A stretch of 64,000 bases of DNA from Phycisphaerae bacterium (GTDB lineage: Bacteria > Planctomycetota > Phycisphaerae > UBA1845 > Fen-1342), in assembly GCA_963675745.2 (NCBI GenBank), contig CAXXWX010000002.1, positions 1-64,000 on the forward strand, written 5' to 3'. Below are positions 60,301-64,000 of the stretch, one piece after another (position 1 is the first letter of the stretch; every line of letters starts with the position of its first letter). A program made the translations under genes and the position numbers. Below the pieces are notes generated by a model. That model did no database searches. It had not been told where the DNA came from and saw nothing but the letters and a program-made list of their open reading frames with translations.

Positions 60301-60493
60301 CGCGCCGCTGCACCGCCAACTCGCGCTGGGCCAAAGACGCCAATCGCTGCCGGATTTCCGCGACCAACGGACCGAAACGGTCACTGCCGGGGCGTTCCGT
60401 CCGCGCAGACTCAGTCTTCGGCGGTGATGCAACCTGCGAGGCCGGCATCTCGCGGCGTTCGGGAGCCGGGTTGTCCGGGGAGGGGGTGGTCAT
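57329..60493 (-). CDS. Large coiled-coil membrane protein (cytoplasmic coiled coil, TM, Wzz/GumC-like region, TM)
   Basis: About 480 aa of E/R/Q/L heptad-rich sequence, TM FWLRSLAIAAIAAVGAGVAVWV, a second helical region, then TM AAAAGGAAFVLVWLAAMLF. Confidence 0.75.
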   Translation of the reverse strand: MTTPSPDNPAPERREMPASQVASPPKTESARTERPGSDRFGPLVAEIRQRLASLAQRELAVQRREHELDEEHARVVSSVREGSHPELAEARARLQEREEQLAARAVDIDRHRAAIRRRNVELRAQAERLEREKANLVEAARRLKERKKALHEARERDRAELSRKVTTHQELEQELQRRLLLARNEITQQREDLAAQQHQLEQERQQFESRRGELELAEQEAEARQRMLDELAAETEPLHSELKAREARLEEAEARFNEESGRRRTELEEAQRRAQARLAADARSQEESLSEDALKLEAQIREDAQRCEVEFRTRVERQEAEFAERVRRQEAESSEAARHREARLDADEERLESERAGMRDKRRELAEQWRQTRARRGELTRASDEVAAERRILEQQRGELEQREQEAANREQQFQEQLAQFEARESEARQAELRLDLHLQELEGRQVAQRAREAELTRAREELIAEYETAAIMARERAAAARPPRFWLRSLAIAAIAAVGAGVAVWVTQPSSTRTSLEIEIATESEDASLVARQHAVALLDSERVAAVLDGGAAELWQSYAARGAISAQPIPGQTAIEVAATGPNPGENALLLRTLVDSYVAAVNNAPSEPQLPPAYQDLGVRRVGVAAELLALTERMAEVNTQLESLPVADDHDARTADVARLRETYTATGARIAQQREQVQTVEAELPHGEIDADALERALAADAVYQQDLKEFAEAARQYQRELGVALLMLAEPAAQARAASRTLLATVVEQRDLQPPPSVRAVLEDAQLDAERVDTELETLVQALPVWQRQLEALDVSEDAADLVTLHNAVIEAVGGVVDETRGLAERMEAHATTLSAQDDGGTRHIVVAAVLRSDTRQFADSAALLANAVKAVSFKDNFELDAQNHQIRGLRGRLNQRSQAMMDQLQVAADRRAADDHALRVTAERDALRALEDDRERWLIEFADAVDALRAVDQQLLARRQFEVELAVLEKQQSQLEAQLDRLDTELSEMRRSATDPDRIPPPDTAFHHQVVAGQDRDRRAAAAGGAAFVLVWLAAMLFSAHGKRETT

Positions 60494-60771
60494 ATGTTGC
60501 GTAACGCGGCTCGGCGTGGGGGCCGCAGCTCCTGTGCCGCTTCGCCGATCGAACACCGACCGGGATGTCCCTGTCCACCCCGCGCGTTCGGATTATTGTA
60601 ACAATTGCGCATCCGATGGCGAACAGGTCGCGAAAAACAACCCGAACAGCGCCGTCACTCACAGTCCACAGTCTATTCCATATCGGCATGCACGCCACAC
60701 GCCTGACCCGCACAGCCGCAAACGGCGAAACCTGTTCCCCGTTCCCTGTTCCCTCCCACAGGTGCGATAAC

Positions 60772-61500
60772 TCACACCAGACGCCTGAGCTGGGAAACGG
60801 TGGCGCGAAAATCCTTGGGCGGAGGCGCCTCGAACGTGAGACGCTGCCCGGTGGCTGGGTGCGTGAACGCAACGCGCAAGGCATGCAGGCTGAGGCGATC
60901 GAGCAACGGGCGCTCCTCGCGGCGTTTGCTCGGACGGTAGTTGGACTTGTAGTGCGACAGGACCACATCACCGCCGCCGCCATATGTCGTATCCACCGTC
61001 AAGGGGTATCCCGCGCCGGCCAGGTGCGCGCGAACCTGATGCGGCCGTTGCCCCCACGGCCGACACTCCAGCAGCGTATTTCCGGCGACACGTTCGAGGA
61101 TTTTGTATTCTGTCAGCGCTGGCTTACCGCTGCGCGGGTTAACACGCGCGCGCTGGGCGTTGCTGTCGAACTTCAGTGGCGAGTCAACCTGGCCATCCTG
61201 GGCGACATATCCCCCCACCAGGGCCAATTGCACGTACTCCGCCTCACGTTGCTCAAACTCCGCCCGCAACGCCCGCCGATGCTCGGGCGCGCGAACGTAG
61301 AGCACCAGCCCGCTGGCATCCGTCTCGAGCGGCCAGACCAGTGCGCGCGGCCAGTCCACCGGCTGGGGGATCAACTCGCGCAGACACGGCCGGCCGGACG
61401 CATCGCGTCGAACCTGCACGCGCGGCGGTTTGTCGACGAGCAAGATGTCGCCGTCCTGAAAGTACACCTCGGGTCGTGCCGGACGCGGTGGTCGCCCCAT
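60772..61500 (-). CDS. RluA-family pseudouridine synthase-like protein with a degenerate catalytic motif
   Basis: LVDKP, SGLVL, GKPALTEY, HQVRAHLA, D..YG and LHA present; HRLD is replaced by WPLE. Confidence 0.8.
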   Translation of the reverse strand: MGRPPRPARPEVYFQDGDILLVDKPPRVQVRRDASGRPCLRELIPQPVDWPRALVWPLETDASGLVLYVRAPEHRRALRAEFEQREAEYVQLALVGGYVAQDGQVDSPLKFDSNAQRARVNPRSGKPALTEYKILERVAGNTLLECRPWGQRPHQVRAHLAGAGYPLTVDTTYGGGGDVVLSHYKSNYRPSKRREERPLLDRLSLHALRVAFTHPATGQRLTFEAPPPKDFRATVSQLRRLV

Positions 61501-62579
61501 TACGGGCCTCCCGGGGGACGTTGTTCCACGCGAACGCGGACCTGCGGCGGCGGGCCGGCTAGCGAAATGCCCGGCGGCAGATCGACGCGCACGTCCAGCG
61601 TCGTGTCAACGCCCGGCGAGTCAAACAGGTCACCCGTGATGACCACATGCGCCTCGATGTTCTGACCTTCGAGCTCCAGAGCGCTGCCCTCTTCGCCACG
61701 CACCTTGAGCTCCTTGATCAGCCATTCGAGCGGCTCGACTTTGACAATCTCGTACTGCCCCTCGTTGTAACGCTGCCAGATGGCCGGCGAGAAACTCATG
61801 CGCACCGGTAGATTTACCGGCACCGTCTCGATCACTCCCTGGCTACGAGCGGCGATTTGCAGCCGTACATTGACACTCTGCGGCTCGATGGCGATCACGC
61901 TGGTATCACCGAGGCGCAGCGGCATCAGCACGTCGAACGGCGCGGACAGCTCGCCGGGGTCGAGTTCGCCGAGCTGCGGGCCCACGTTAACTCGCACGGC
62001 GCGCGGTTCGACGCCGCTCGAAACAAACGCTTCCCAATTCGAGAGCGTCAGGGTTACCTCGACTTCGGGCGGATCGATGCGCGCGTCGGCAATCGTGACC
62101 TGGTCCGCCACGACCAGCACCGGCAAACGCTGCTTCACAATGCGGTCGACCCGGAAACGTATGCGGTCGGGGCGCACATCGCCGGTCACATCCAGCCCCT
62201 GCTCACTGACAAAAGCGAGTTGTCGCACCAGGTCCGCGGCATCAACGGTGTAGTCACCGGGAGAAGCCCACGCATGCGCGAGTTGCCAATCCACCGGCAC
62301 AACGGGCTGCCCGGGACTGGCCCGCAAGCGATCCAGCTTGCGGTTCGCTCCGCGCAACGTCACTTTGAAGCGCGCTGGTTGTGGCTCGACTATCTCGACA
62401 ACATGATTGAGTGGCGGTCGCGGCTGCAACTCGATCTGCACATCGGTTTCCACGAGACTGGCCTGGTCCGCGAGAAACCAGATAATGCCGGTCAGGGGAA
62501 CAACCAGTAGGAATCGACGCACCAGATACCACGCGTTTGACTGGATGCTCTTCGTGTGACGGCCGCTGCCGCGCGGCAA
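61500..62579 (-). CDS. YbbR/CdaR-like protein (possibly the C-terminal part of a CdaA fusion)
   Basis: N-terminal TM (RFLLVVPLTGIIWFLA) and repeated P..V.V beta-rich units; directly downstream of the DAC gene; weak TTG start. Confidence 0.7.
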   Translation of the reverse strand: MPRGSGRHTKSIQSNAWYLVRRFLLVVPLTGIIWFLADQASLVETDVQIELQPRPPLNHVVEIVEPQPARFKVTLRGANRKLDRLRASPGQPVVPVDWQLAHAWASPGDYTVDAADLVRQLAFVSEQGLDVTGDVRPDRIRFRVDRIVKQRLPVLVVADQVTIADARIDPPEVEVTLTLSNWEAFVSSGVEPRAVRVNVGPQLGELDPGELSAPFDVLMPLRLGDTSVIAIEPQSVNVRLQIAARSQGVIETVPVNLPVRMSFSPAIWQRYNEGQYEIVKVEPLEWLIKELKVRGEEGSALELEGQNIEAHVVITGDLFDSPGVDTTLDVRVDLPPGISLAGPPPQVRVRVEQRPPGGP

Positions 62580-63375
62580 ACTGCGGCCCGGTCAACCTGG
62601 ACTCCAGCTCATGCTCGAGTTCGTCAAGCGACAGGTAACGGGTCAGGCGGCCGTTGTCGGCCAGCGAGATCGTGCCGGTCTCTTCCGACACAACCAGCAC
62701 CAGGGCGTCCGACTCGTAGCTCATGCCGACCGCGGCCAGATGTCGGCTACCCAGCGACGCATCGTGCTCGTCGCTCTCGACCGTGGGCAACTGGCAATTG
62801 GCGGCGAGAATCCGGTTTTCCCGCACGATTGTGCCGAGGTCGTGGAGTGGTGTGTTCGGGAAGAAAATCGTGGTCAACAGGTTCGCCGACAGCTCTGAGT
62901 TGATAAGCGTGCCGTTTTCGGCCCAACCCCGCAGGTCCACGCCGCGCTCGATGACAATCAGCGCCCCGTGTTTGTTGCGTGAGAGTGATCCGGCGGCGGC
63001 GACAAGCGCTTTGATCAGGCGTGCCTTGGGGCTGTGGCGCCGCGCAAAACGCACGTCACCAACACGGATAAACGCCCGGCGCAGCTCCGGCTGAAACGCG
63101 ATCAGCGCCGTGATTCCGATGCCGGCGACGAAGAAATTGTAGAGTATGCGCAGCCGCGTCCAGTCGATTTGCAGCGTCAGTATGCGCACTGCCAGCGTAA
63201 CGACCAGCAGTACCAGCAGCAGGCGCCGCAGCGGGCGTGTGCCGCGCGTTCCTTCGAGTTTCGCCGCGAACCACCAGATGATGAGACCGATCAGCAGGAC
63301 TTCGACGAGGACCCGCAGCGGCTCGTCCCTGACACTGCTGAGCTGGTGGAAGATGCTTTCGAACATCCCTAACAT
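62254..63375 (-). CDS. cdaA: Diadenylate cyclase CdaA (the DAC domain ends near 62580 and the ORF tail overlaps the next gene)
   Basis: Three TM helices, FQPELRR, GALIVIER, IF.PNTPLHDLG, LGSRHLAA, VVSEETGTISLA. Confidence 0.88.
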   Translation of the reverse strand: MLGMFESIFHQLSSVRDEPLRVLVEVLLIGLIIWWFAAKLEGTRGTRPLRRLLLVLLVVTLAVRILTLQIDWTRLRILYNFFVAGIGITALIAFQPELRRAFIRVGDVRFARRHSPKARLIKALVAAAGSLSRNKHGALIVIERGVDLRGWAENGTLINSELSANLLTTIFFPNTPLHDLGTIVRENRILAANCQLPTVESDEHDASLGSRHLAAVGMSYESDALVLVVSEETGTISLADNGRLTRYLSLDELEHELESRLTGPQFAARQRPSHEEHPVKRVVSGASIPTGCSPDRHYLVSRGPGQSRGNRCADRVAAATATQSCCRDSRATTSALQSDVARSEPQAGSLAGQSRAARCAGGLATRACVGFSR

Positions 63376-63602
63376 AGTCTCACGATGCAGGCCGCGTCCG
63401 AAAAGTCAATGGACGCGCGGATACACGGAACGCCAGACGCAGCCGCCAATGGCTATTGCGACCCGGCCAAGGCTAAGTTCCGTTTAATCGCGTACGCCGC
63501 GGGCCGAACCACTCGCCCACACTGTGGTACAGTATAGGTTGACATGGTCCCCGGCTCCATTGACCGGGGCGCGACATTTGCGGACGCCACACGGGGCTGG
63601 CG

Positions 63603-64000
63603 ATGCCGGATTGGGCGCAACAGATTGGCCACAACGTCGCCGCGATCAGGCAACGCGTCGCGGAGGCTTGCGCGCGCGCCGGGCGCGCCGGCGACGAGGT
63701 GCGTCTGGTCGGCGTGACGAAGTACGTAGGGCTGGCCGCCGCGCGGGCCCTGTTCGCGGCCGGCGTGCTCGACCTGGGTGAGAGCCGTGTACAGCAGCTC
63801 ATGCCGCGCGTCAGCGCGCTCGGCCGTGCCGCCGCGGACCTTGACGCGCAGGTATCCGGAGACGCCCCGCGCTGGCACTTGATCGGACACTTGCAGCGCA
63901 ACAAGGTCAAGTACCTGCTTCCGCAAGTGCGCATCGTACACTCCATCGATTCCACCGGCTCGCTGCGCAAATCGAGCAGGTTGCGGCCCGTTGCGACATC
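63603..64000 (+). CDS. yggS: YggS/PLPBP pyridoxal phosphate homeostasis protein (partial, runs off the window)
   Basis: Manual translation MPDWAQQIGHNVAAIRQRV...VRLVGVTKY...LGESRVQ...WHLIGHLQRNKVK...HSIDS; probable 1-nt deletion near 63956. Confidence 0.92.
   Translation, partial: MPDWAQQIGHNVAAIRQRVAEACARAGRAGDEVRLVGVTKYVGLAAARALFAAGVLDLGESRVQQLMPRVSALGRAAADLDAQVSGDAPRWHLIGHLQRNKVKYLLPQVRIVHSIDSTGSLRKSSRLRPVAT

Noticed and set aside
60731..60760. Short tandem repeats (CCTGTTC-like here; TAGAGGT-like near 57276-57297)
   Set aside because: Only about three degenerate copies each, which is too weak to assign a function.

Overview
High-GC bacterial chromosome segment, most likely Planctomycetota (Phycisphaerae-like). 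This assignment is inferred from a DUF1571-like lipoprotein, an S8 protease with a DCNxNG/dockerin-like tail and a Tat-exported Gfo/Idh/MocA protein. In order, the window holds: a hypCDEAB-hoxFUYH NAD-reducing [NiFe]-hydrogenase operon with a Rex/CRP-type palindrome upstream; a candidate anti-Shine-Dalgarno small RNA; a triple Spy/CpxP-like protein; rseP-dxr; a stand-alone rpmH missed by the ORF track; an S8 protease; an IS4-family element inserted in the loop of a REP palindrome; an operon of Gfo/Idh/MocA, heptaheme cytochrome, F5/8 domain protein, GT-C glycosyltransferase and ApbE, with a divergent GT2 and MFS permease; ribD, thyX, dapF and a GH2; a Phe/Tyr catabolic cluster (fahA, hppD, phhB, hmgA, phhA); a solitary NERD-pseudokinase resembling the N-terminus of PglW; a ygeW / atypical carbamoyltransferase / ThrC-like / carbamate kinase cluster; rpmI-rplT; PPi-PFK; an IcmA-type mutase; and cdaA-cdaR followed by a degenerate RluA and a large coiled-coil membrane protein. 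Several REP-like palindrome families recur, and some copies lie in frame inside protein-coding genes. About seven single-base indels in conserved genes look like assembly errors.
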